A stretch of DNA of 64,000 bases, from assembly GCA_965198185.1 (NCBI GenBank), contig CBDAOU010000001.1, positions 636,310 to 700,309 of the forward strand. Direction: 5' to 3'. Position 1 is the first letter of the stretch, and every line of letters starts with the position of its first letter. The notes beneath the pieces were generated by a model. That model was given only the letters and a program-made list of their open reading frames with translations, had not been told where the DNA came from and searched no databases. A program made the translations under genes and the position numbers. The DNA is from Chloroflexota bacterium (lineage in GTDB: Bacteria; Chloroflexota; UBA11872). Shown one piece after another: positions 40,591-51,067 of this stretch.

Positions 40591-42987
40591 ATGCCGGTCT
40601 CCGTGACGGCCACGCTGGCGCCGATGGTGAGCGCGGACACGCCCGCGCTGGCGGTCGATGAGTTGCTGGAGCGGGTGGCGGCCTATACGTCCGCCGACGA
40701 TCAACCGGAGGTCAGCGACCTCGTGCGCCGGGCGTACGACGCCGCCGAGCGGGCGCATGCGCCGCAGAAGCGGTTGTCCGGCGAGCCGTACATCCAGCAC
40801 GTGCTGGCGGTGGCCATGCTGCTGGCCGATTTGCACCTCGACTCCGACACGGTCGCCGCCGGTCTGCTGCACGACGCCGTCGAGGACACCAGCCTGAGCC
40901 TGGACGGGATCCGGCGGCAGTTCGGGAGCGCGGTGGCGGACATGGTCGACGGGGTGACCAAACTGGAGCGCGTCACCGTCGCCAGCCTGGACGAGCAACA
41001 GGCACAGAACCTGCGCAAGGTGCTGCTGGCGATGGCGCGCGACGTGCGGGTTGTGCTCATCAAGCTCGCCGACCGGCTGCACAACGTGCGCACGGCCTGG
41101 GTGTATTCGGCTGAGAAACGCGCCCGGTACGGGCAGGAAACGCTCGAGATCTTCGCGCCGCTGGCCGGGCGGCTCGGCATTGAGGAATGGCGCTGGCAGC
41201 TCGAGGACTATGCCCTCAAGCTGTTGGACCCCGATCGCTACCGCGATCTGGCCCGCTGGCTGCTCGCCGAGCGGCGCGCGCGCGAAGCCGCCATCGCCGA
41301 GGTGCAGGAACAGCTGCGACGCGGGCTCGACGAGGCGGGCATCGACGCGCAAATCCAAAGCCGGGTCAAGCACATCTACAGCATCGAGCGGAAGATCCGG
41401 CGCAAGGGGGCCGACCGCGAGTCGATCTACGACATTCTGGCGATCCGCGTCATCGTGCACTCCCAGCAGGACTGCTACGGCGCGCTGGGCGTGGTGCACG
41501 GCGCCTGGCGCCACATTCCGGTCGAGTTCGACGACTACATCTCGGCGCCCAAGGAGAACGGCTACCAGTCGCTGCATACCGCGGTGCTGGGGCCTGACGG
41601 GAAGCCGCTGGAAGTGCAGATCCGCACGCGCGATATGCATCAGAACGCGGAATACGGCGTGGCGGCGCACTGGCGCTATAAGGAGGGCGGCCCGCTGGGA
41701 CCGGAGGCCTTCCTGGACAAGCTGGCCTGGATCCGGCAGATCCTCAGCTGGCAGGAAGACGGCGACTCGGCGGGGTCCTTCGTGGATGCCGTCAAGACCG
41801 ACTTCTTCAGCGACACCGTGTTCGTGTTCACGCCCAAGGGCGAGGTCAAGGACTTCCCCATCGGCAGCACGCCGCTGGACTTCGCCTATCGCATCCACAG
41901 CGACGTGGGCCACTCCTGCATCGGGGCCAAGGTCAACCGCCGCCTGGTGCCGCTGGACCACGAGCTGGAGAACGGCGACGTGGTGGAGGTTCTGACGAGC
42001 ACGAGCAGCAAGGGACCAAGCCGGGCGTGGCTCTCGCTGGTGCGCACGGCGCATGCGCGCGACAAGATCCGCCGCTGGTTCAAACAGCACGAGAAGGCCG
42101 AGAACGTCGTCTCGGGCCGCGCATTGCTCGACCGGGAATTGCGGCGCGTGGGCCAGGGCGGCGTCGCGAACGTGCCCGAGGCCGACCTGAAGGCGATCGC
42201 GACCGCGCTGGGCTACCTGGATGTCGAGAGCTTGCTGGCCGGCGTCGGCTACGGCGCCACGACGGTGCACCAGGTGGTCACGCGGCTGCGGCTCACCCCA
42301 GAGGTGGCGGAGCCGGAGGTGCCGGAAACGCTGGAGCCGGACGAGCGGCGCGACGTGCAGCCGCTGGTCAACGTGCTCGGCGCCGGCAACCTGCTCACGC
42401 GCGTCGCGGCCTGCTGCCATCCGCTGCCGGGGGACGACATCGTGGGGTTCATCACCCGCGGTCACGGGGTCAGCATCCATCGACGCAACTGCGCCAACGT
42501 GCACAACGTGTCCGAACCCGAGCGCCTGGTGCCGGTGTCATGGGCCGACCGATTGGTTGAGACCGACTCCGACCTGCCCGTCCGTCTGGCCGGCTGCTGC
42601 ACCCCGAGACCCGGCGGACACATCGAGGGCGTGGCGACGAACGGCGCGATTGAGGTGCACCGGCGCAGCTGCCGCGCGCTGGCCGGCGAGGCCGACGCGC
42701 GCGTGCCGGTGCGTTGGATCGAGGACGATACCCAGAGCCTGCCGGTCAGCATCCGCGTGGTGGCGCACGACCGCGAAGGGCTGACGCACGACGTCACCGG
42801 AATCATTCGGGAAGAAGGGCTCAACATCGCCACCATGTCGGTGCGAACGAACCGGCGGCAGGAGGCCACGTTCCGGCTCACCGTGGCGCTGCGCAGCGTG
42901 GCGCAACTGGCCCGACTGCTGCGGCGCATCGAGACCGTTCGGGGTGTCGTTGCCGTCTCACGTGAGGGTGCGCGGGCGCGGCAATAG
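40591..42987 (+). CDS. relA: Bifunctional (p)ppGpp synthetase/hydrolase (long RSH) with a duplicated CC/ZFD region
   Basis: SGEPY, LLHD, IKLADRLHN, KENGYQSLHT, EVQIRT, AAHWRYK, TGS (FTPKG, GAKVN), two CC..P motifs and ACT domain. Confidence 0.95.
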   Translation: MPVSVTATLAPMVSADTPALAVDELLERVAAYTSADDQPEVSDLVRRAYDAAERAHAPQKRLSGEPYIQHVLAVAMLLADLHLDSDTVAAGLLHDAVEDTSLSLDGIRRQFGSAVADMVDGVTKLERVTVASLDEQQAQNLRKVLLAMARDVRVVLIKLADRLHNVRTAWVYSAEKRARYGQETLEIFAPLAGRLGIEEWRWQLEDYALKLLDPDRYRDLARWLLAERRAREAAIAEVQEQLRRGLDEAGIDAQIQSRVKHIYSIERKIRRKGADRESIYDILAIRVIVHSQQDCYGALGVVHGAWRHIPVEFDDYISAPKENGYQSLHTAVLGPDGKPLEVQIRTRDMHQNAEYGVAAHWRYKEGGPLGPEAFLDKLAWIRQILSWQEDGDSAGSFVDAVKTDFFSDTVFVFTPKGEVKDFPIGSTPLDFAYRIHSDVGHSCIGAKVNRRLVPLDHELENGDVVEVLTSTSSKGPSRAWLSLVRTAHARDKIRRWFKQHEKAENVVSGRALLDRELRRVGQGGVANVPEADLKAIATALGYLDVESLLAGVGYGATTVHQVVTRLRLTPEVAEPEVPETLEPDERRDVQPLVNVLGAGNLLTRVAACCHPLPGDDIVGFITRGHGVSIHRRNCANVHNVSEPERLVPVSWADRLVETDSDLPVRLAGCCTPRPGGHIEGVATNGAIEVHRRSCRALAGEADARVPVRWIEDDTQSLPVSIRVVAHDREGLTHDVTGIIREEGLNIATMSVRTNRRQEATFRLTVALRSVAQLARLLRRIETVRGVVAVSREGARARQ

Positions 42988-43135
42988 CAGGGGCTGGCAG
43001 GCCCCGAAGCTAACCGGACACGGGGCCGGTTGCGCGGTGCCATGTCCACCGTGACGCTGTAAGCGGGCGTCGAGGCGCGCGCGGGGTACCGTGAGCCGAG
43101 TCCGGCGAGCGACGCACCACACCATTGGAGAAGTC

Positions 43136-44038
43136 ATGGCGAATCAATTGGCGACCGCGACGTTGGGACGAACGGGTCTGGAAGTGACGCGACTGGGTTA
43201 CGGCGCCATGGAGGTTCGCGGCGGGCCGCGAGGGCGTGCCACCACCGATGCCGAGGCGGAGGCCATCCTCGCGGCGGTGCTCGACGCCGGGATCACCTAT
43301 ATCGACACCTCCAACGACTACGGGCTGAGCGAGGAGCTGATCGGCCGGTACATCTCCGACCGGCGGGACGAGTATTTCCTGGCCACCAAGTGCGGCTGCG
43401 TGGGGCCCGCCGGCGGTCAGCACGTTTGGACGCGTGAAAACTTGATGCGCGGGCTGGAGCAGAGTTTGGAGCTGCTGCGAACCGACTACGTCGACGTGAT
43501 GCAGCTACACGGCGCATCCATTGAGGAATCGGAGCGCGAGGGCGTGGTGGACACGCTGAACGAGATGCGCGAGCAGGGAAAGGTGCGGCACATCGCCACC
43601 TCGACCTCGGTGCCGAACCTGCCGACATTCATCGAGTGGGGGGCGTTCGATCTCTTTCAGATCCCCTATTCGGCGCTGAACCGCGAGCACGAGGAGTGGA
43701 TCAGCAAATCGGCTCAGGCGGGGATCGGGACCGTGATCCGCGGGGGCGTGCAGAAGGGCGAGCCCGGCGAAGGTGGCGGCCGGGCCGATGCCTGGGTCAA
43801 GTTCGAGCAGGCCAATCTCGACGAGCTGCGCGCCGAGGGCGAGAGCCGCACGGCCTTCATATTGCGGTACACGCTGAGTCACCCGGACGTGCACACGATC
43901 ATCGTGGGAACGAAGAACCCGGCTCACCTGCGGGAGAACCTGGCAACGGAGCAGCGCGGTCCGTTGGCCGCGGAAGTCTACGCCGAGGCCAAGCGCCGGC
44001 TGGACGCCGTCGGCGAGACGCCAGAGAGCGCGGGGTAG
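43136..44038 (+). CDS. Aldo/keto reductase
   Basis: LGRTGL.V..LGYG, IDTS..YG.SEE.IG, ATKCG, SLE.LRTDYVD..QLH. Confidence 0.92.
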   Translation: MANQLATATLGRTGLEVTRLGYGAMEVRGGPRGRATTDAEAEAILAAVLDAGITYIDTSNDYGLSEELIGRYISDRRDEYFLATKCGCVGPAGGQHVWTRENLMRGLEQSLELLRTDYVDVMQLHGASIEESEREGVVDTLNEMREQGKVRHIATSTSVPNLPTFIEWGAFDLFQIPYSALNREHEEWISKSAQAGIGTVIRGGVQKGEPGEGGGRADAWVKFEQANLDELRAEGESRTAFILRYTLSHPDVHTIIVGTKNPAHLRENLATEQRGPLAAEVYAEAKRRLDAVGETPESAG

Positions 44039-44372
44039 CTAGCGTCGGACGCGGCGGTGCGGCTATGTCGGCGGCCCCTCAATCAGGGCGGATGGTGCGT
44101 CACGGCGCGGGTACCGGAGTGGCCGCGAGAACGTGATTCACAGACCCGATCCGTCGTGTGTGGGCAATGAGCCGGGGGGAACTGCACGCGCGGTCCCGGC
44201 GATTGTGTCGACTGTTGCTGACCGGCTTGGGGAAGCCCCACGCTGCACGCAGCGCGGGCCACCGAAGCTCGGATCGGGCCGTCTGGCGCGCTCCGTCTCC
44301 GCGTACACCGCTTTGACCCAAGCGCCTTACTGAAATAGCCTATTCGGTAAGGTAGACCCTCAGGAGGCGACT

Positions 44373-44615
44373 GTGCGGGTCAAGATCACGTCCAAGCGCC
44401 AGGTCACCTTTCCCGCACATGTGCTGGATGCCCTGGGTCTGCAGCCGGGCGACCGGCTCGACCTTGAGGAAGGGCCGGACGGCTTCTTGCTGCGCCCCGT
44501 GCGAGTCGATTCGACCCGCCTCGCACCGCTGCGCGACAAGCTCCAACGCGGGATTGGCGCCTTCGATCTTGAGAAGTTCCGGGAGCAACGCCATGACCCA
44601 GCGCTTCGGGATTGA
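44373..44615 (+). CDS. AbrB/MazE/SpoVT family antitoxin
   Basis: KITSKRQVTFP..V...LGL.PGD.L; AGGAGG RBS. Confidence 0.87.
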   Translation: MRVKITSKRQVTFPAHVLDALGLQPGDRLDLEEGPDGFLLRPVRVDSTRLAPLRDKLQRGIGAFDLEKFREQRHDPALRD

Positions 44616-44991
44616 CACGTCGGTCCTCGTGCGTTTGCTGACGGGAGAGCCGGAGGCCGAATTCGATCGTTGCGCTGCCAGACTGAGGGCGCAGGTCGAG
44701 GACGACGGTGCAGAGATATTCGCCTCGAACCAGGTCATTGGCGAGACGTACATCGCCGTTCAGCATCACTACGGGGTTTCGAAGCGGGACGCGCGCGCGG
44801 CGCTGCTCGACGTGTTGGGCAGCGGTCTGGTCGCTCCCCTCAATGGGTATTCGGCGCTGGCGACCATTGGATCGTCGTCGGGTGCGGGCCTGCTTGACCG
44901 GCTCATTGCGGACGACTATGCGCGCGCCGGACTTACGACGCTGACCCTTGACGCAAAAATGGCCTCGCTACCCGGCGCCGATCGACTATGA
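44593..44991 (+). CDS. PIN domain (VapC) toxin
   Basis: GIDTSVLVRLL, VIGE, GLLDRLI, TLTLD.K; overlaps the antitoxin. Confidence 0.83.
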   Translation: MTQRFGIDTSVLVRLLTGEPEAEFDRCAARLRAQVEDDGAEIFASNQVIGETYIAVQHHYGVSKRDARAALLDVLGSGLVAPLNGYSALATIGSSSGAGLLDRLIADDYARAGLTTLTLDAKMASLPGADRL

Positions 44992-45826
44992 AGAGGCGGC
45001 CTTAGGCGACACGTCCTCGCCGTGCAGCCAGCGGAGGCCGCCCGGCCAGCCGCGCGCGGACTGCTCCAGGATCGAGCGGATGTAGGCGTTGAGCGCGCTG
45101 ACCGTGAAGTCGTACCTTTCGGCTTCCCACACGAAGTAGTTCACGATGGCGACGCCCAGGAACTGCGCCGCCGAGCTGTATCCACCGTGGGGCCGGCGGT
45201 GGGCGGCAATGAGGTGCGGGGCGCGCTGGAGATCCCAGGCCGACGCCGGCGCGCCGTCTTGGTGGCGGTAGACGACCCCGTGCACGACGTCGACACAGCC
45301 CCAGCGTCCCTGGCGAAGCACTTCGACGATGGCATGACCGCTGTAGGCCGCCGTCGTGTTGAAAAGATCAACCAACCTGGCCGGCAAGCCCGGCGACTTG
45401 GCACAGCACGCAGCCAACGCGGGCCAGGTCGGTGCACCAGTCGGTGCCGCGTTCGACGATGGCCTCCTCGGTGCCTCCCAGCCTGAGATCGTCGAGGCTG
45501 ATCGTCGGCGGCCTGCGCGATGGCCGCGCACCAGCGGGCGATGCCGTCGACATCTCGTCCGGGGTTGTGGCGCCGGCGGTCGCCTCGCCCAGGAAGCGCT
45601 CCAGCTCAGGCCGTGATCCGTGGCGATAGCGCAGCGTCGTGGGCGTGTAGGACGTATAGAGATAGTCGGCGGTCGCCGTGCCAAGCCGGATCATGCGCTG
45701 GGAGAGGACACGGTCGACCGATCCCGGGGCATGGGCGTCGCCGGCCAGCATGATCTGGTAGGCCGGCCCGAACTGGTCTTCGCCGACGTACTCGGCGATC
45801 TCAGGTGGAGTGTTGGGCACGGGCAT
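44986..45826 (-). pseudogene. Transglutaminase-like domain gene with frameshift(s)
   Basis: DWCTDLARV...QVAG in one frame continues as LPARLV...SGHAIVEV...RWGCVD in another (shift near 45390), together giving a Cys-His-Asp triad pattern; possible compensating shifts near 45500-45550. Confidence 0.62.
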
Positions 45827-46018
45827 GTGTCGAGATCCCGCGGCACCGGTCCGCTACCCGGCCAAGCGCCCCTGGAGTTGGGCACCCGAGCGCCCATCTG
45901 GTGAGTTGCCAAGACCCTTCATCGGACCGATGCCAGCCTGGGGCAACGGATTGGCGAGCAAGTCTATGCCGCGCTTAGGACGAGTGTCCGGCCTCGTAGG
46001 CTCAGTGCAGCCCACGAG

Positions 46019-48604
46019 CTAGGTTGCGGACTCAGGCGGCGTCAGGCACGACGCGCCATAGTCGCCCGGTGGGACCCGGGTTTACGCCTTGCGGGATATC
46101 GGCGCTGAATTCCAAGAAATACAACCCGTCCGCCAGATAGGCCACTCCAGTAATGGGCGCCAAGCCGTGGCCGACATACTTCACGAACGTCATCGGACGT
46201 CCCGCCACGGCACCGGTGGCGTCCAGCTTGATTTCCCAGATCTCCTTGCGTGGTCGATGGTCCCTCTGACGAAGCTATGCGGCTCCGGCCCGAACGCGCC
46301 CACGTAGAGATTGCCCTGACGGTCCGCCGCAAACGGCCCGCCAACGGCAAATGCAACGCCCACGGGTGCGATGGCCGGGCTGAAGAACCACAGCCCGCGC
46401 TGCAGGAGGCTGCTATCGGTCCCGGCGTAGCCATAGTTTTGCCCCGCCTCCAGGCGCAGCAGGCGATCAACGTCATAGCCGTTCTCTGCCGTATAGATCG
46501 CGTCGTCGCCAGGACGCTGAGCCAGGGCGACGAAGTTGCGCAACCCCTTGGCCCACTGATAGGACACCGGCGCTTCAGGTTGTGCGGGGTCAAAGCGGGG
46601 ATTGTCGGCAGGCGCGCTGCCATCCCGATTCAGCCGGAGCACCTTGCCGCCAAAGTAGGCGTCGTCCAGCCCCCGCGTGAGTGTGCAACCGCCCCGTTGC
46701 CGACCGCCACGTAGAGCTGGCCATCGACCGTCCGAAGACCCGCAGCCCCTGAATCTGCGTGCGGAGGGTTCCGTCGCTTCGCCCTCCATGCGCAACACGT
46801 CCACGGCGCGCGCCGCCGTTGCGGCCGCGTGTCGTGCGACTCTCCAAGCGCACCCGATCTTGTTATAAAGCGATGGATCTCCGTCGCGGTAGGTCATCGA
46901 TCATAGACGTCGACCTGGCTCGTGGATCGACCGCAATCAATAGATTCCCGGTTTCACCCTCGAACTCCGTGACCGGCGCCGAGGGCTGCTCGTTGAGGAT
47001 GTTCGTCGCATAGGTCCACACCGAGCCATCCCTTCCAAGCGCCTTGACCGACCCGGCGAGTTCGGTGACGTACGCCACGGGGGCGTCCGGGGCGTCGGTT
47101 GGCAATGGCACCGGCGCCAGCAGCACCGGCAGTGTGAACCCGCCCGCCACCAACTCGACCCGAAATTCCTCACGCACCCTCCATGGCACCGCCGGCTGGC
47201 GGGCCTGTGCGTGCAAAAACAGCTTGGGTTCCGTGTCAGCCCGGTCCAGCGGCGTGTCGTCCGGCTCAAAGTGGAAAGCCCCCCTGGCCGTCGGCGCGGC
47301 GATCAGCACCGCGCCGGGGTCAAGCTTCAGCCAGGGCAACCACGCGAACCGCCGCACCCCCGTCGCATCCAAGAAGGACAGTTCCGATGCCGGGGTCTCG
47401 AGCCCATCCGGGCCCGCCTCAAACTTGAAGAACACGCTCGCGTAGCGCTCGGCTGGTTCGAAGTCGCGCATCACGTTGCCCGTGGCCGTGCCGGTGATCT
47501 CCTGCAGTCCGCCGACCGGGCTGGTGATCTGCAGCGTGGCGCCGGCGGTCAGCGCGACGGGCGTGCCGTCGTCATGCCTGCGCCAGCGGACTATGCGGCT
47601 GAATGTCACCCGTGTCCGCATCGGCTTGGTGATCGGAACTTGTCTTGCTCGACGTCCACGGCCATCCACAGATCCGACCACGCCTTCACTCGCTGAGCGG
47701 ATCGCCGCTGGAATCGCGGTGGCGCGCACGGATGGCGTAGGCCGTCTTGTGCCTCAGGCCCATCCGCCCCGCCAGCGGACCCTGGAAGACACCGCGTTCA
47801 AGCGTCGCCTGGTCGAGAGGACCCGTTGTCACTATGGCCGTCCACACCCGCGTATGGCGGTGCAACTCCCAGATCCCAAACTCCGTCGCCGTGTGGCGGT
47901 CGCCCGGGTCTGCGTCGACGAACGGCTCCGTCTGCAGCGTGACGAATACGGGGGAGAGCCCGTCGCGCAGGAGCACAGTCGCCGGCTCAATCAGGGGAGG
48001 CGCCTGCGGCGGCGTGTTGCCGCTGGCCGCCGGCGTGAGCACCGGCGCCACCCGCGGCGTCGGTGCCGGCAATTCCGCGGCGGTCACAGCGGTCGCGTCC
48101 TCTGGCGCCAGCAAGGTGTCGTCGGCCAAATCAATCGTGAGGTTTACGTCGCCGTCCAACACACCGCGCTGGTTGAGGATGAAGGCGGTGATTTGCAGAT
48201 ACTCGGGGTTAATGAGGCCCCCGGGACCCACACCTCCGGCGGGCATACGATTGCGGATGTAGTCGTAGAGGTCGAGTGCCGTGGCATAGCGCTCGGTGCA
48301 GCTGCAGGTCCAGCGAGCGTCGGGACGGTGCCTCGGCCAGGTCGTCCCCATGACCACGGCGCAGTGCTCCGCGTACGGATCAATGTCCGCATCTCGACTT
48401 CGATTCAGGAGTCGCCGCGGCCGTCGATTCAGCTGGTGCTTCGACGGTCGCGCCAGGCGTCGGCCCAGCCGTCGGGGCCGTCTCCAACGGCGATGCCGAC
48501 TCGCTGCTCGGGCCTTCCAGTGCCAGCACGAGCAGCAGCGCCGCAAGCCCGAACGCCGCCACCGCGATGCCCGGCGATGCGCGGGCCAGCGTCTCCCGGC
48601 TCAT
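46019..48604 (-). pseudogene. Degraded exported cytochrome c / PQQ-dependent glucose-sorbosone dehydrogenase fusion gene
   Basis: Signal peptide at 48604, broken HCAV(C)HG heme motif, YI...MP cytochrome region, then GSDH motifs GKVLRLNRDG..PADNP, GLRN and ENG, spread over several frames. Confidence 0.62.
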
Positions 48605-49084
48605 GGGCGTCCTCTGGTCATGCCCGGCACCCCGAGGTTTCGGCGCTCGCCATGTCACCCCACCTAACTGTTCGCCACTGGCGTCGCTCTAGCCCCGATC
48701 CGGGGCATGATGCCAGCCCACCCAGCTCCCGTCGCAGTCCGCGCATCGCCGGACAGCCGGAACCGGACTTTTCAAGGGCGGGGCGTTGCTGAGGTCCCGC
48801 ACGTCGCTGGCAACGAATTGTCCCGAGGAGTGTCTGATCTTTCGGCCTGATCGACGTTGTCGTCAGGGCGTCGCGGACGAGGCTGCGCATCTGCAACGCG
48901 ATGCATGGTAGGCAGGCGCGACGGCGTACGCTGTCAACGCCCGGTGGGAGTGGTCCATCATGCCTGGCCGGATTCTTCGAGCCGCGAGTCGCCCCATGGC
49001 AGCCATCCCTGGATCGCGCCACCGACCCGGTGGTCGCGCGCACCTGACTCACCCGCGCTTGCGGCTGAACGCCCCGTCCCGGCC

Positions 49085-51067
49085 ATGAGCGCCGTCGTCA
49101 CCGACACCCGCCGTACGCCCGGGGTCAGGGTTCAGCCGGTGCCCATCGAGGCGGTGCGGGTTGGGTCCGGGTTCTGGCGCGGCTGGCTTGACCGGCTCTA
49201 CGACGTCACGCTGCCTTCGCAGCACGCGCAGTGCGAAGCCACCGGCCGCCTCGACAACATCCGGCGCGTCTCGGGCCGCGTGGATGCGCCGTTTCGGGGG
49301 CGCTACTACGACGAGTCCGACGTCTACAAGTGGCTCGAGGCCGCCAGCTGGGCGCTGGCGGGGCGCGAGGATCGGCGGCTGCGGGCGCTGGTGGACGCGC
49401 TGGTCGATGACATTGCCGCCGCGCAGCAGCCGGACGGCTATCTCCATACCTATTTCGCGCTGGAGCGGGCCGACGAGCGCTACACCGACCTCATCAACAA
49501 GCACGAGCTGTACTGCGCCGGGCACCTGATCCAGGCGGGCATCGCCCACCGCCGTGCGACGGGTACGGAGGCGCTGCTGGACGTGGCGGTGCGGCTGGCC
49601 GATCACATCTGCGTCGAGTTCGGCCCCGAGGCCCGCGAAACGGCGGACGGGCATCCCGAGATCGAGCTGGCGCTGGTCGAGCTGGCGCGCGAAACCGGCG
49701 AGCGCGTCTACGCCGAGCGCGCTCGGTTCTTCTTGGACCAGCGGGGACGGCAGCCGCCGCGGCTGGGCGGATACCGCTATCTCCAGGACCACGAGCCGGC
49801 GGCCGAGCAACAGGAGATTGCGGGGCATGCGGTGCGGGCGGTCTACCTGGCGTGCGGCCTGGCCGACGCCGGCCTGGAACTCGAGGACCGCGCGCTGTGG
49901 GCGGCGTCCGAGCGGCTCTGGCGCAGCGCCTACGAGTCCAAGGTCTTCGTCACCGGCGGCCTGGGGGCGCACTACGCCGGCGAGTCGTTCGGCTCCGCGT
50001 TCGACCTCCCGAATCGCAACTCCTACGCCGAGTCGTGCGCGGCCGTGGCGGGGGTGATGTGGAACTGGCGCCTCCTCGCCGGCACGGGCGAGGCGCGCTA
50101 CGCCGACTGGATGGAGACCACGCTCTACAACGGCATGCTGGCGGGGCTGTCGCTGGACGGCGAGCACTACTTCTATCCCAACCCGCTCAGCGCGGCGGTG
50201 GGGCACGCCCGGGTGGCGTGGTTCGACTGCGCCTGCTGTCCGCCCAACCTGGCGCGCCTGCTCGCCAGCCTGCCCGGCTACCTCTACGGCGTGTCCGAGC
50301 GGGCGCTGTGGGTGCATCACTTCGCGGCGGGTCGGGTGGATGCGGACGTGCCGGGCGCGGGTCGTCTGTCGCTGGAGGTGGACACGGACTACCCATGGTC
50401 GGGCAATGTCCAGTTCTCCGTGCGCCAGGCGCCGGGCGGTCCGGTGGAACTGCGGCTGCGCGTGCCAGGTTGGTGTGACGGCGCCGGCCTTGAGCTGGTC
50501 CCAGCCGACCCCGCCGAGTCCGCCGCCGACCTCAACCGTCATTCCGGCGAAGGCCGGAATCCACCGAATATGTCCCCCGCGCCGACATCCGATGTCCGCT
50601 CCCTGGCCGCCGGCGACTACGCCACGCTGCGCCGCGTGTGGGCGACCGGCGACCAGGTCACCCTGCGGCTGCCCATGCCGCCGCGCCGCTTGGTCAGCGA
50701 CCCGCGGGTGACGGCCAACGTCGGCCGCGTGGCCCTGGCCCGTGGACCGCTGATCTACTGCGTCGAATCCCACGACCGCCCGGGACTGGAGCAGGACGCC
50801 TTCGCGCTGCCCGACGACGCAGCGGTCACCCCAGGATCCGCCGACGACCGTCTGCCGGGAATGACGCTGCTGGACACGACGGTCGTCCCGCTGCCCGGAA
50901 CGCCCCGGCGCGGCGCGCTCTATCAATCGGCTACGGGCGACGCCCAAGCGGCCGATGCTCCCACGGACCCGGTGGCCATCCGCGCCATTCCCTACTTCGC
51001 CTGGGCCAATCGAGGGCCGGGCACGATGGACGTGTGGCTGCGCCGGCAGGAGGCGGTTTCCGCTTAG
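49085..51067 (+). CDS. Glycoside hydrolase family 127 (beta-L-arabinofuranosidase-like)
   Basis: SDVYKWLEA, HELYCAGH, GHPEIELAL, GHAVRA.Y, YAESCA, YFYPNPL, CACCPPN, IPYFAWANRG. Confidence 0.92.
   Translation: MSAVVTDTRRTPGVRVQPVPIEAVRVGSGFWRGWLDRLYDVTLPSQHAQCEATGRLDNIRRVSGRVDAPFRGRYYDESDVYKWLEAASWALAGREDRRLRALVDALVDDIAAAQQPDGYLHTYFALERADERYTDLINKHELYCAGHLIQAGIAHRRATGTEALLDVAVRLADHICVEFGPEARETADGHPEIELALVELARETGERVYAERARFFLDQRGRQPPRLGGYRYLQDHEPAAEQQEIAGHAVRAVYLACGLADAGLELEDRALWAASERLWRSAYESKVFVTGGLGAHYAGESFGSAFDLPNRNSYAESCAAVAGVMWNWRLLAGTGEARYADWMETTLYNGMLAGLSLDGEHYFYPNPLSAAVGHARVAWFDCACCPPNLARLLASLPGYLYGVSERALWVHHFAAGRVDADVPGAGRLSLEVDTDYPWSGNVQFSVRQAPGGPVELRLRVPGWCDGAGLELVPADPAESAADLNRHSGEGRNPPNMSPAPTSDVRSLAAGDYATLRRVWATGDQVTLRLPMPPRRLVSDPRVTANVGRVALARGPLIYCVESHDRPGLEQDAFALPDDAAVTPGSADDRLPGMTLLDTTVVPLPGTPRRGALYQSATGDAQAADAPTDPVAIRAIPYFAWANRGPGTMDVWLRRQEAVSA
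50538..50563. repeat. REP-type palindrome inside the GH127 coding sequence
   Basis: GTC-ATTCCGGC-GAAG-GCCGGAAT-CCA, a perfect 8-bp stem, within an atypical ~30-aa stretch of the protein. Confidence 0.68.
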
